From positions 2,560,001 to 2,624,000 of the forward strand of contig OZ241744.1 of the NCBI GenBank assembly GCA_965200965.1: a stretch of 64,000 bases of DNA, given 5' to 3'. The notes beneath the pieces were generated by a model. The model searched no databases, was not told the origin of the DNA, and saw only the letters and a program-made list of their open reading frames with translations. The stretch comes from an uncultured Candidatus Binatia bacterium. GTDB lineage: Bacteria > Desulfobacterota > Binatia > Bin18. Every line of letters begins with the position of its first letter. Within the stretch, counting starts at the first letter, position 1. Both the position numbers and the translations under genes were made by a program. Below are positions 44,649-53,990 of the stretch, one piece after another.

Positions 44649-45349
44649 CAGGAGTCCTGCGGGCCGTTTTCCTGGCGGGCCTCTTTGCGGGCCCGGCGAC
44701 CCAGGTAGCCGCCGTGGTGGAACTTGGCGTAGTCGGCCTTGGTGAAGCCCTTGCGGTCCATCAGCACCAGGGCCAGGGCGTCGCCAAGGGCCATCATGGC
44801 CGCGGTGCTTGACGAGGGGGTGAGGCCGAGCGAGCAGGCTTCTTTGACCGCGCCGATACTCAGCACCACATCGCTCTGGCGGGCTATGGGCGAGCGCGGG
44901 TGGCCGGTGATGGCGATCAGCGGCAGACTGTTGAGCGCTTTGGCCCGGCCTAGCATCTCGATGACTTCCCGCGTTTTGCCGCTGTTGGAGAAGATGATCA
45001 TCACGTCGTCGGGGCTGACGAGGCCGAGATCGCCGTGGGCGGCTTCTCCGGGGTGGAGAAAGCAGGCCGGCGTGCCGGTTGATGACAAGGTGGTGGCGGT
45101 TTTCAGGGCGATGATGCCGACCTTGCCCATGCCGGTGGTGATGACCTTGCCCTTGCAGTGCTGCAAAATCTGGACCGCACGCAGGAAATCGGCGGTGAGC
45201 GGAATGGCCCGGATGGCCTCGGCCTCGGCGGTCAGCACGGCCCGGGCCCGGACGAGTTCGGGGGGCAGGTCAAAAGCAGTGAACGTGTCATCAGATCGAC
45301 CGGAAGGCGACACATTCACTCCTCGCGGCTTGTTCTTGCGGGGCGGCAT
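44648..45349 (-). CDS. kdsD: SIS-domain arabinose-5-phosphate isomerase (no CBS domains)
   Basis: TGMGKVGII, HPGEAAHGDLG, SNSGKT, PSSSTAAMMALGDAL, FHHGGYLG. Confidence 0.88.
   Translation of the reverse strand: MPPRKNKPRGVNVSPSGRSDDTFTAFDLPPELVRARAVLTAEAEAIRAIPLTADFLRAVQILQHCKGKVITTGMGKVGIIALKTATTLSSTGTPACFLHPGEAAHGDLGLVSPDDVMIIFSNSGKTREVIEMLGRAKALNSLPLIAITGHPRSPIARQSDVVLSIGAVKEACSLGLTPSSSTAAMMALGDALALVLMDRKGFTKADYAKFHHGGYLGRRARKEARQENGPQDS
45279..45319. repeat. Family C element at kdsD 5' end
   Basis: 41 nt perfect inverted match to 47572-47612. Confidence 0.95.
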
Positions 45350-45351
45350 GG

Positions 45352-47466
45352 TCAGGTGTGGGCCTGTGCCGGCCGGCCGCCTTTGGTGCGCGATTTGCCT
45401 GGCCGTCGGGCGGTCTTTTTGGCCGCCCGACGGCTGGTGGCTGGGGTCGCCTCAGCGGCTCCGGTCGGGGCCGGCAGGCCGAGGCTGTGCTGCTCCAGGG
45501 CATGCAGATGGTTGCGCAACCGGGCGGCTTCTTCAAACTCCAGGGCGGCCGCGGCGTCCTGCATGGCCTGGCGGGTCTGGTCAATCTGTGCGGCCAACTG
45601 CTGGGCATGGTCCTGGCTGTCCTCCGCCACCGCGGGAATGTCTCCATAGTCGGCCTCGTAGACCCTGACCAGGGGCGAGGCCAGCGCTTTCTGAACGCTC
45701 TGCGGGGTGATCTTGTGCCGCGTGTTGTAGGCCGACTGAATCCGCCGCCGGCGCTGGGTCTCGTCAAGCGCCCGGCGCATGGAAACGGTGATCGTATCAG
45801 CATACATCAGGACCTGGCCGTTGACGTTCCGGGCCGCCCGGCCAATGGTCTGGATCAAGGATCGCTCGGAGCGCAGATAGCCCTCTTTGTCGGCGTCAAG
45901 AATCGCCACCAGAGATACCTCGGGGATATCCAGCCCTTCGCGCAGGAGGTTAATGCCGATCAATACGTCAAAGGTGCCGCAGCGCAGGGCGCGCAGGATT
46001 TCGACCCGCTCAATGGTGTCAATATCAGAGTGCAGATAACGGACTTTGACCCCGATGTCCTGGTAATAGTCGCTCAGGTCTTCGGCCAGCCGCTTGGTCA
46101 GGGTGGTGGCCATGACCCGCTCGCCCTGGTCTACCCGCTTGCGGATTTCTTCCAGCAGGTCGTCAACCTGGTTCCTGGCCGGGCGGACAATGACTTCGGG
46201 GTCAAGCAGGCCGGTCGGGCGGATCAATTGCTCGACAATGTGCCGCCGGCTCTTGTCCAGCTCATAGTCGCCGGGCGTGGCCGAGACATAGATGGCTTGG
46301 CCGACCTTGCGCTCAAACTCCTGAAAGCTGAGCGGGCGGTTATCAATAGCCGACGGCAGCCGAAAGCCGTATTCCACCAGGGTGGTCTTACGCGAGCGGT
46401 CGCCGCGGTACATGCCGCCGATCTGCGGAATGGTGACATGGCTCTCGTCAATGAACAGCAGGTAGTCATCAGGAAAATAATCGATCAGGGTGGAGGGCGG
46501 TTCGCCCGGCTGGCGGCCGTCCAGATGCCGGGAGTAGTTCTCAATGCCGGGGCAGAAGCCCATCTCGGCCAGCAGGGCCAAGTCGTAGCGGGTGCGTTGC
46601 TCCAGGCGTTGGGCTTCCAGTAGTCTGTTGTCGGCCCGCAGTTCCTCAAGCCGCTGATCGAGTTCGGCCTGGATCGCCGCGGCCGCGGTCCGGGTCCGGC
46701 TTGCACTGGTGACATAGTGGCTGGCCGGATAGATGGTGACTTTGTCCAGCCGGCGCGTGACCTTGCCGCGCAGCGGGTCAATTTCTGCCACTGACTCAAT
46801 GCTGTCGCCAAAGAACTCGATGCGGACGGCTCTGCTCTCTTCGTAGGCCGGGAAGACCTCAACCACATCGCCGCGCACCCGGAAGGTGCCGCGATGAAAG
46901 TCAAAATCGTTCCGCTGGTACTGGATATCGACCAGCTTGCGCAGTAGGGCATCACGGTCAACCTCGGTGTTTTCCTCGACAAACACGATCAGGTCAAAGT
47001 ACGACTCAGGCGATCCCAGGCCATAGATGCACGACACGCTGGCGACAATGATGGTGTCGCGGCGCTCCAACAGGGCCTTGGTGGCCGAGTGGCGCATTTT
47101 GTCGATCTCTTCGTTGATGGCCGCGTCTTTCTCAATATAGGTATCGCTCTGGGGGACATACGCCTCCGGCTGGTAGTAGTCGTAGTAGCTGACAAAATAG
47201 CGCACCGCGTTGTGGGGGAAGAGTTCGGCAAACTCGCTGTACAACTGGGCCGCCAGCGTCTTGTTGGGGGCGATGATGAGGGCCGGGCGGTTTGACCGGA
47301 CGATGACATGAGCCATTGAGAAGGTCTTGCCCGAGCCGGTCACGCCAAGCAGGACCTGGTGCCGGTGGGCCTGCCTGAGTCCCTCAAGCAGGGCGTCAAT
47401 CGCCTGGGGCTGGTCGCCCTGGGGCTGAAAATCCGAAACGATCTGAAATACGCCGTCCTGTCGCAT
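45352..47466 (-). CDS. uvrB: Excinuclease ABC subunit B
   Basis: [34 protein letters not shown] domain. Confidence 0.98.
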   Translation of the reverse strand: MRQDGVFQIVSDFQPQGDQPQAIDALLEGLRQAHRHQVLLGVTGSGKTFSMAHVIVRSNRPALIIAPNKTLAAQLYSEFAELFPHNAVRYFVSYYDYYQPEAYVPQSDTYIEKDAAINEEIDKMRHSATKALLERRDTIIVASVSCIYGLGSPESYFDLIVFVEENTEVDRDALLRKLVDIQYQRNDFDFHRGTFRVRGDVVEVFPAYEESRAVRIEFFGDSIESVAEIDPLRGKVTRRLDKVTIYPASHYVTSASRTRTAAAAIQAELDQRLEELRADNRLLEAQRLEQRTRYDLALLAEMGFCPGIENYSRHLDGRQPGEPPSTLIDYFPDDYLLFIDESHVTIPQIGGMYRGDRSRKTTLVEYGFRLPSAIDNRPLSFQEFERKVGQAIYVSATPGDYELDKSRRHIVEQLIRPTGLLDPEVIVRPARNQVDDLLEEIRKRVDQGERVMATTLTKRLAEDLSDYYQDIGVKVRYLHSDIDTIERVEILRALRCGTFDVLIGINLLREGLDIPEVSLVAILDADKEGYLRSERSLIQTIGRAARNVNGQVLMYADTITVSMRRALDETQRRRRIQSAYNTRHKITPQSVQKALASPLVRVYEADYGDIPAVAEDSQDHAQQLAAQIDQTRQAMQDAAAALEFEEAARLRNHLHALEQHSLGLPAPTGAAEATPATSRRAAKKTARRPGKSRTKGGRPAQAHT

Positions 47467-47571
47467 GGCTGCGCATCGTAGCAGGAATGCCGCAGAAAGC
47501 AGAGGGTGGCCGGCCCTTGAAGGGGGACATTGCAAAACGGGCGTGCTTATGGCTGACTACGGCAGAGAGAC

Positions 47572-47612
47572 GTGAATGTGTCGCCTTCCGGTCGATCTGA
47601 TGACACGTTCAC
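47572..47612. repeat. Family C element upstream of uvrB / cupredoxin
   Basis: gtgaatgtgtcgccttccggtcgatctgatgacacgttcac. Confidence 0.95.
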
Positions 47613-47646
47613 GCCTTGACGAATCGTGCGGGAGGGAGAAGACGTG

Positions 47647-48036
47647 ATGAAACTGATGTATGGGCGGACAGTGCGTCGCGCGTTGGGGCTCAGCCTGCTT
47701 GTGTGGACTCTTGCTCAGCCCGGCGCGGCCCAGGAAGCTGGGGCTGAGCCAAAGACATTCACGGTCGTGAATGTGCTTTTTGAAGGCTCAAAGATGTTTG
47801 TGCCTTCGGTGTTGGCCGTATCCAAGGGGGATCGGGTCTCGGTCACGGTCATCAACAATATCCCCGGCGAGCCTCCCAACCACGGGTTTGCGATTCCGGC
47901 TTTCGGGGTGGAGACGGTGGTCAACCGCGGCGAGAAAAAGACGCTTGAGTTTACCGCGGACAAGGCCGGGATTTTTGATATTCAGTGCCAGTTGCACCCG
48001 GCCCACCTGCACGGGCAGTTGATCGTAGCGGAATAG
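47647..48036 (+). CDS. Exported cupredoxin-domain protein
   Basis: Signal peptide; HGFAI..CQLHPAH copper-site pattern. Confidence 0.85.
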   Translation: MKLMYGRTVRRALGLSLLVWTLAQPGAAQEAGAEPKTFTVVNVLFEGSKMFVPSVLAVSKGDRVSVTVINNIPGEPPNHGFAIPAFGVETVVNRGEKKTLEFTADKAGIFDIQCQLHPAHLHGQLIVAE

Positions 48037-48042
48037 GGCCGC

Positions 48043-49038
48043 TTATGTCCGGCCCACTTTCTGCAACAGCGCCTCGACGAGCGCATCCGGCTGTATGCCC
48101 TCGGCTTCGGCCTGAAAGTTGAGCAGACAGCGGTGTCGCAGTGCCGGCAGGGCCACATCGGCGATGTCTTCGTAGCTGACATTCACCCGCCTATCCAACA
48201 ACGCGTTGACTTTCGCCCCCAGGGTCATGGCCTGCGCACCCCGGGGGCTGGGACCAAAGCGCAGATACTGGTTGATCTCGGGCAGGGCCTCTGGATTGCC
48301 CGGGGTGGCCGAGGCAATCAGGCGGGCGATGTAGCGGTTCAGCGGCGGGGCCAGCAGGACTTCCCGGACAAGCCGCTTCAGTTCTTCCACCTTGGCCGCG
48401 GCCTGCTCTTCAGAGTTGAGCAGCGCGTGCGCCTCAGCCCGCTCGTCGGCGGTCGTCCGGTTGAGGATCTCGGTCAGTTCCTCGGTACTGGGCGGGTGAA
48501 TGATGAGCTTGAACAAAAATCGGTCGAGTTGGGCTTCGGGCAGCGGATAGGTGCCCTCAATTTCAATCGGATTCTGGGTCGCCATGACAAAAAAGGGCGG
48601 GGGCAGGCGGTGGGTCTGGCCAAACACCGAGACTTGGTGTTCCTCCATCGCCTCCAGAATGGCCGACTGGGTTTTGGGCGTGGCCCGGTTGACCTCATCG
48701 GCCAGCACAATATGGGTGAAAACCGGACCTGGTTTGAACACAAGTTCGCCGCGGCTCCCGGACAAGATTTCTGTGCCCACAATATCCGACGGCATCAGGT
48801 CGGGGGTAAACTGAATCCGCTTGGCACCTAAGGTCACCGCCTGACTTAGGGATTTCATCAGCAGGGTTTTGCCCAAGCCGGGCGCACTCTCCAGCAGGAC
48901 ATGCCCTCCAGCAAAAAAGGCTGTCAGCACCTTGCTCACAATCTCGCGATTGCCGACAATAACGCGCCCGACCTCCTCCTCCAGCGCGCTGAAGAACTGA
49001 CAAAAGCGCCCGATTCGATCTTCGTCTGCCTGGATCAT
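48043..49038 (-). CDS. moxR: MoxR-family AAA+ ATPase
   Basis: APGLGKT, RIQFTPDLMPSD, ADEVNRATPKTQSA, GTYPLPEAQLDRF. Confidence 0.95.
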   Translation of the reverse strand: MIQADEDRIGRFCQFFSALEEEVGRVIVGNREIVSKVLTAFFAGGHVLLESAPGLGKTLLMKSLSQAVTLGAKRIQFTPDLMPSDIVGTEILSGSRGELVFKPGPVFTHIVLADEVNRATPKTQSAILEAMEEHQVSVFGQTHRLPPPFFVMATQNPIEIEGTYPLPEAQLDRFLFKLIIHPPSTEELTEILNRTTADERAEAHALLNSEEQAAAKVEELKRLVREVLLAPPLNRYIARLIASATPGNPEALPEINQYLRFGPSPRGAQAMTLGAKVNALLDRRVNVSYEDIADVALPALRHRCLLNFQAEAEGIQPDALVEALLQKVGRT

Positions 49039-50519
49039 TCTGTCCTGGGGTCAGCATCGTCTACCGCATTGAGAAGCGGACGGTACTCCAGGGGGATCGG
49101 CTGGCGTACCCGCGCTGGGCCGCGCTGCCGGTCCGTGAGCGGGGCGTTGCTGTACGGTGTTCTGGGCCGGGCTGGGCTGGTATTGGCCGTGCGTTGCCAG
49201 GTGTCGCTCCGGGCCACCTCTCCGACCGGTACCCGGACTTTGACAAAGCGCGCGTCTCTGGTCAGAAAACCGCCCGGTTTTTCTCCAGCCTGGACACGGG
49301 CTTTTCCTTGGCTTGGGCCTTTGCCGCCGCCCTGCCCTTTGGGGCCGGCCCGGTTGGGGTCGGACTGGGGACCGGGCGTATTTCTGTCCGGTCGGTGTCG
49401 CTCCCCGGGGATATTCGGGTCGTCTCCTTGGGCGCGCTGGGTGGGGGCGTGTCGGGGCGACACACCCCTCGCCCCGTCTGCCTGTTGCTCAGCCGGGGGT
49501 TGCTGTTGGCCGTGCCGCTCTGTCTGCTCAAATTGAATACCGCCACCCTGTTGGGACGGCTTGTGGTTCTGATCGCCCTCTGACGGCCCGGCATCCCGCG
49601 GCTGTTGGCCGGCTTGGGTCCCCTCGGCCGCGGAGGAAGGTGTGTTGAGTCCCTCGGACTGTTTGGCGAGGTCCTGTTTCTGATTGCCGCCCGCCCCGTC
49701 ATTCCGGCCCTCAGCAACAAACAACTTCAGGTCAATTGGCAGCAGTTGCGGTAGCCGGATATCCAGTGTAATACGCTGCTCAGCCTCCTCAATCAGGCGT
49801 TCTTTCTGGCGGCGGCTCAGACCCGGCATCCTGAGTTGCTCAACCAGGGCGACAAGTTCGGTGCCGGCCGCTTGCTCCTGTGGCGTGTTGCCCTGAGCCG
49901 CCAGCTCACGCGTCTTTTTTTCGAGTTCGGCCAGGGACTCGGATGAGGGGTCGAGGCTGGGAGAGAGCCGTGCCGAAATGGGCTGAGGCTGAGGCCGCGG
50001 CCAGAACAGGCCCAGGGCGACGGCCACACACAGGCCGGACACCAGCAGGCCGATTGGCACACGCCTGTCCAGCTGGAAGGGTACCTCCCGTTCTGGAACA
50101 AAAAACGCCGCCCGTCTGGCCGTGTCACGCTGGAGAAAGAGCGCCATGTGGTCTGGAGGCTGAGCGAGGGTTACCAGGGTCAGAAAGCGCTCTTTGCTCA
50201 GCGTTTTTTCGTCCAGCAGCGCGGCCGCGGTCTCGTGGCTCATGTGGACGTGACGCAGGGTCTTCCAGAAGAAGAAAGCCCACCCTCCGAGGGGACCGAG
50301 CAACAGGGTGAGCGGCCAGGACAAGCTCACCAGCGTCAATGAACCGCCCAGCCCAAGTGCCAGCCCCAGGGGCAGAAAAAAGCTCAGGATGTTGAGATAG
50401 CGGTGCCGACGGAGGCGCTGAGCCGTCCTGTTGATAACGCCGGGAATCATGACCTCCTTGTGATCGCTGTTGTCACGATTCCCGGTGTGGGCCGGAGGCG
50501 GGCGGCTGGGGTCTTGCAC
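49035..50519 (-). CDS. Membrane protein with long Gln/Gly/Pro-rich C-terminus (MoxR-associated)
   Basis: Three hydrophobic segments, coiled coil, low-complexity tail ending IPLEYR; start uncertain. Confidence 0.65.
   Translation of the reverse strand: MQDPSRPPPAHTGNRDNSDHKEVMIPGVINRTAQRLRRHRYLNILSFFLPLGLALGLGGSLTLVSLSWPLTLLLGPLGGWAFFFWKTLRHVHMSHETAAALLDEKTLSKERFLTLVTLAQPPDHMALFLQRDTARRAAFFVPEREVPFQLDRRVPIGLLVSGLCVAVALGLFWPRPQPQPISARLSPSLDPSSESLAELEKKTRELAAQGNTPQEQAAGTELVALVEQLRMPGLSRRQKERLIEEAEQRITLDIRLPQLLPIDLKLFVAEGRNDGAGGNQKQDLAKQSEGLNTPSSAAEGTQAGQQPRDAGPSEGDQNHKPSQQGGGIQFEQTERHGQQQPPAEQQADGARGVSPRHAPTQRAQGDDPNIPGERHRPDRNTPGPQSDPNRAGPKGQGGGKGPSQGKARVQAGEKPGGFLTRDARFVKVRVPVGEVARSDTWQRTANTSPARPRTPYSNAPLTDRQRGPARVRQPIPLEYRPLLNAVDDADPRTE
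50441..50490. repeat. Family B element downstream of mltG
   Basis: cgggaatcatgac..gtcacgattcccg; 32 nt perfect inverted match to 51705-51736. Confidence 0.92.
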
Positions 50520-50528
50520 GGATCTGTC

Positions 50529-51560
50529 CTAAGAGCGGCTGGGGGAGCGGTATCTTTGAAAACGCCGGACAGCCCGATTGTGCTCGGCCAGGCTGGATGA
50601 AAAATGATGGGTGCCATCGCCGCGAGCCACAAAGTACAGGTAGTCGGTGTCTGCCGGGTAGAGGGCAGCCCGCAGGGCAGCCAGGCCGGGGCTGGCGATC
50701 GGGCCGGGCGGCAGGCCCCGGATCACATAGGTGTTATACGGCGTTGGCGTGCGCAGGTGATGACGGGTGAGATTGCCGTCAAAGTTCTCGATGCCATAGA
50801 TAACGGTCGGGTCGCACTGGAGCCGGATGCCCCTGCGGAGCCGATTATGAATCACCGCGGCGATCAGCGGGCGTTCGGCAGCCTGGCCGGTCTCTTTTTC
50901 AATAATTGAGGCCAGCGTCACCACCTCGTGCAGGCTCAGCCCAAGCTCGGCCGCCCGCCGAGCTTGGGCCAAGTCCCAGGCGGCATAAAAACGGGCGATC
51001 ATGCGGCCCAGGATATCCCGGGCCGAGGCGTGGGCCGAGAACTGATAGGTGGCCGGGTAGAGGTAGCCTTCGAGGCTGTTGGCCGGCAGTCCCCAGTCGG
51101 CCAGAAACCCAGGGTCGGCATTCAGACACAGAAAACTCTCCACCGTCCCAAACCCCTGCCGTTCCAGCAACTGCGCGATCTGAGCCAGGTTGAATCCCTC
51201 TGGAATAGTGACGGTCCGGCGCACGAGTTGGCCCCGGTTCAGCCGGTTGAGCAGAGCCAGCGGAGACAGCGACCCGACAAAGACGTATTCGCCGTGCTTG
51301 ATGTGTCTGTCCATGCCGCTCAGGCGGGCCCACAGGCGAAAGACCCAGACCTGACTGAGCAGCCCTTCGGCGTGCAGATGCCGGGCAATTGCTTTCAATG
51401 ACGAGCCGCTTTGGACAAAGAAACGAACCGGCTGGTGCAGCGGTGGCTCCGGTGTGACCAAGGCACGATGGCCAAACCAGGCAACACTCCCACCGAGCAG
51501 GAGCGGCACAAGCAGGATGGCCAGAAACAGGTGGCGCTTTCCCCGCTTGCCTGTCCGCAT
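50529..51560 (-). CDS. mltG: Endolytic transglycosylase MltG (YceG)
   Basis: VTIPEG, LEGYLYPATY, ASIIEKET, LQCDPTVIY, GLPPGPIASPG. Confidence 0.95.
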   Translation of the reverse strand: MRTGKRGKRHLFLAILLVPLLLGGSVAWFGHRALVTPEPPLHQPVRFFVQSGSSLKAIARHLHAEGLLSQVWVFRLWARLSGMDRHIKHGEYVFVGSLSPLALLNRLNRGQLVRRTVTIPEGFNLAQIAQLLERQGFGTVESFLCLNADPGFLADWGLPANSLEGYLYPATYQFSAHASARDILGRMIARFYAAWDLAQARRAAELGLSLHEVVTLASIIEKETGQAAERPLIAAVIHNRLRRGIRLQCDPTVIYGIENFDGNLTRHHLRTPTPYNTYVIRGLPPGPIASPGLAALRAALYPADTDYLYFVARGDGTHHFSSSLAEHNRAVRRFQRYRSPSRS

Positions 51561-51681
51561 AGCAAAAGACACTACCATTCCCCGCTCTGCAACACAATCT
51601 CGGCGGCCGCGGTCGTTCTTGACATTCCTGTCTGGGGCTGGCAAGCTTGGCTGTATTCTCCACCGGGGGGCTGAATACGAG

Positions 51682-53178
51682 ATGGGACGGAACACGGGCG
51701 CTTTCCACACCGGGAATCGTGACAACAGCGATCACACCCAACTCAGGATTCCCTGTGTCACCCATACAGCGCAACATGGCTCCATTCAGTTCCTGATTCT
51801 GGCTCCTGTTCTGACCCTTTGCCTTTTAGGGCTTATTGTCCGCAGCGCCAGTTCGGCCGTCGATCATCGGATTGAAAAGCAAAAGATCGCCGAACAACTC
51901 AGGCAGCGTTTGAGCGAGGTCTACAGCGACCCCACTCCGCCGCGGCTGAGCCGCCCCGCTCCGGAGCCGACGGCTGAGCCGCCCGCTGTGGCTGAGCCGG
52001 CCGCTGCTCAAGTGGCAGCTGCAACTGCCGAGCAGCCATCTCAGCCCCAATCCTTCCCGCTCCAGACCACGCACACGGTGCGCAAGAAGGATACCTTTGA
52101 GACCATACTGCGAGGCCAGGGGCTTGGCCGGAGCGCCGCCAGCACCTGGATTACGGCCTGGATTACGGCCGCCGGAAAAGAGAAGCAAGTCCGCAATCTG
52201 CAAATCGATCGGCGCTTCTCTTTTGTTTTTGATGAAGGTCCCGAAGAGCCGCTTCTGACCAGTCTGAGCTATGACCTCAGCGCCCTCTCACGGCTGACTC
52301 TTGAACGAAGGCCAGACGGCAACGTTACCTCCCGCCTCGAAGCGCTGCCGACCAGCCTGGTGTGGCGGGCGGTCTCTGGCCGGATTACCAGTAGTCTGTA
52401 CGAGGCGGCGGTAAACACCGCCGGGGTGCCCGACCGTATTGTTGACGAAATGATTGATCTGGGCTGGGATTTCGATTTCTCTTCCGACCTGAGGGCCGGC
52501 GACACCTTCAAGGTGATCTTTGAAGAATACCAGCGTGACGGCCAGCCGGTTCAATATGGGCGAGTCCTGGCGACTGAAATCGTCAATCAAGGCAAGTCCT
52601 CGACAGTCTTGTCACTTGACCAAACCGAGGGCTTCCTGCGCTATCCGCTGCGTTTCACCCGGATTTCGTCGGTGTTTACCAAGGCCAGGTTTCATCCTGT
52701 TCTCAAACGTCACCGGCCTCATAACGGCGTTGATTTTGCCGCCCCACGCGGTACGCCGGTACGGGCGGTGGCCAATGGGAGGGTCACCTGCGCCGGTTGG
52801 GAGGGCGGGTTTGGTCGGCTTGTCCGCATTGACCATCCTGGGGCGTACTCCACCGAGTACGCCCATCTGCATAGCATTGCCAAAGGGATCAGGGTTGGAG
52901 TGCGGGTCAAGCGTGGTCAAAAAATTGGCAGTGTAGGTTCGACCGGTTTGGCCACTGGACCGCATCTCCACTTCGGGCTGTTCAAGAATGGCAGATATGT
53001 AAATCCGTTGAGCGCAAACCTTCCCAGAGTTCCGAAAACCGATACGCGCAAACCGGACCCGGTCCGGGCCAAGCTGAAAAAAACGCTGACCGAATACCTG
53101 GCTCGGCTGGAGCCTGACCAGGCCTCAACTTTTGCCGCGGTAGAAACGACCAAGCCGCCAAGCCGGCCCCGCTCCTGA
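51682..53178 (+). CDS. M23 family peptidoglycan DD-endopeptidase (MepM-like)
   Basis: HNGVDFAAPRGTPV, YAHL, TGPHLHF; start uncertain. Confidence 0.92.
   Translation: MGRNTGAFHTGNRDNSDHTQLRIPCVTHTAQHGSIQFLILAPVLTLCLLGLIVRSASSAVDHRIEKQKIAEQLRQRLSEVYSDPTPPRLSRPAPEPTAEPPAVAEPAAAQVAAATAEQPSQPQSFPLQTTHTVRKKDTFETILRGQGLGRSAASTWITAWITAAGKEKQVRNLQIDRRFSFVFDEGPEEPLLTSLSYDLSALSRLTLERRPDGNVTSRLEALPTSLVWRAVSGRITSSLYEAAVNTAGVPDRIVDEMIDLGWDFDFSSDLRAGDTFKVIFEEYQRDGQPVQYGRVLATEIVNQGKSSTVLSLDQTEGFLRYPLRFTRISSVFTKARFHPVLKRHRPHNGVDFAAPRGTPVRAVANGRVTCAGWEGGFGRLVRIDHPGAYSTEYAHLHSIAKGIRVGVRVKRGQKIGSVGSTGLATGPHLHFGLFKNGRYVNPLSANLPRVPKTDTRKPDPVRAKLKKTLTEYLARLEPDQASTFAAVETTKPPSRPRS
51705..51753. repeat. Family B element upstream of mltG / 5' end of M23 gene
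   Basis: ccacaccgggaatcgtgacaacagcgatcaca..ggattccc. Confidence 0.92.
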
Positions 53179-53261
53179 GCCCACACGGCCCGGGCTGCTA
53201 TGGCCTCAGGCTGCATGGCCGGGAGTTGACGCCCTCAAGCCGCTCACATAGGGACACAGCA

Positions 53262-53576
53262 ATGGCATACGCAGTTATTCAAACTGGCGGAAAGCAGTAC
53301 CGGGTCGCGCCCGGCGAACTGCTCAGAATCGAGTCCTTGAAGGGCGAGCCCGGCAGCCAGGTGCAGTTCAGTGAGGTGCTGCTCACTTCAAGCGAGGGAA
53401 CGGTTCAGGTTGGCCGGCCAACCGTCGCCGGGGCCAGCGTGACGGCCCAGATTGTCGAGCACGGCAAAGAACACAAAATCATCGTGTTCAAGAAAAAACG
53501 ACGTAAAGGATACCGGCGCAAACAGGGCCACCGCCAGCCGTTTACCGCGGTGCGCATCCAGAGTATCGGTAGCTGA
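53262..53576 (+). CDS. rplU: 50S ribosomal protein L21
   Basis: [20 protein letters not shown]. Confidence 0.98.
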   Translation: MAYAVIQTGGKQYRVAPGELLRIESLKGEPGSQVQFSEVLLTSSEGTVQVGRPTVAGASVTAQIVEHGKEHKIIVFKKKRRKGYRRKQGHRQPFTAVRIQSIGS

Positions 53577-53583
53577 TGACACA

Positions 53584-53628
53584 GGGAGCCGTGATCTCCT
53601 TGCAGTCGCTGATATTCTCACATGTTCT
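53584..53628. repeat. Family B element (decayed) between rplU and rpmA
   Basis: gggagccgtgatctccttgcagtcgctg aligns with 50442 gggaatcatgacctccttgtgatcgctg. Confidence 0.6.
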
Positions 53629-53649
53629 ACACAGTCGGGAGGACGAATC

Positions 53650-53928
53650 ATGGCGCATAAAAAAGGACAGGGATCAAGTCGAAATGGACGCGACAGCCCG
53701 GGCCAGAGGCGTGGGGTGAAACTCTTTGGCGGCCAGCGCGCCAGGGCAGGAAATATCATTATTCGTCAACTCGGCACCAGAATTTATCCCGGCTCAAATG
53801 TCGGCATGGGGCGCGACTATACCATCTTTGCCAAAATCGACGGCATTGTCCGTTTCGAACGGATGGGGAAGACACGCAAACGGGTGAGCGTACATCCGGC
53901 CGAGCCTGTCGCTCCCGCCGCCTCATAA
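53650..53928 (+). CDS. rpmA: 50S ribosomal protein L27
   Basis: [16 protein letters not shown]. Confidence 0.98.
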   Translation: MAHKKGQGSSRNGRDSPGQRRGVKLFGGQRARAGNIIIRQLGTRIYPGSNVGMGRDYTIFAKIDGIVRFERMGKTRKRVSVHPAEPVAPAAS

Positions 53929-53962
53929 GCATTGACGCCATCTGTTCTGGAACATCTTTGTG

Positions 53963-53985
53963 AAGCCCCGCACGGGGCTTTTTTT
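53963..53985 (+). terminator. Rho-independent terminator between rpmA and obgE
   Basis: AAGCCCCG-CA-CGGGGCTT followed by T-run, 5 nt before the obgE ATG. Confidence 0.8.
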
Positions 53986-53990
53986 GTAGT

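Noticed and set aside
45279-47612. Composite transposon or IS carrying uvrB
   Set aside because: No transposase and no evident target duplication; the repeats are members of a dispersed hairpin family
47572-47612. LexA/SOS box upstream of uvrB
   Set aside because: Does not match LexA boxes I know, and an identical copy lies in the kdsD coding 5' end
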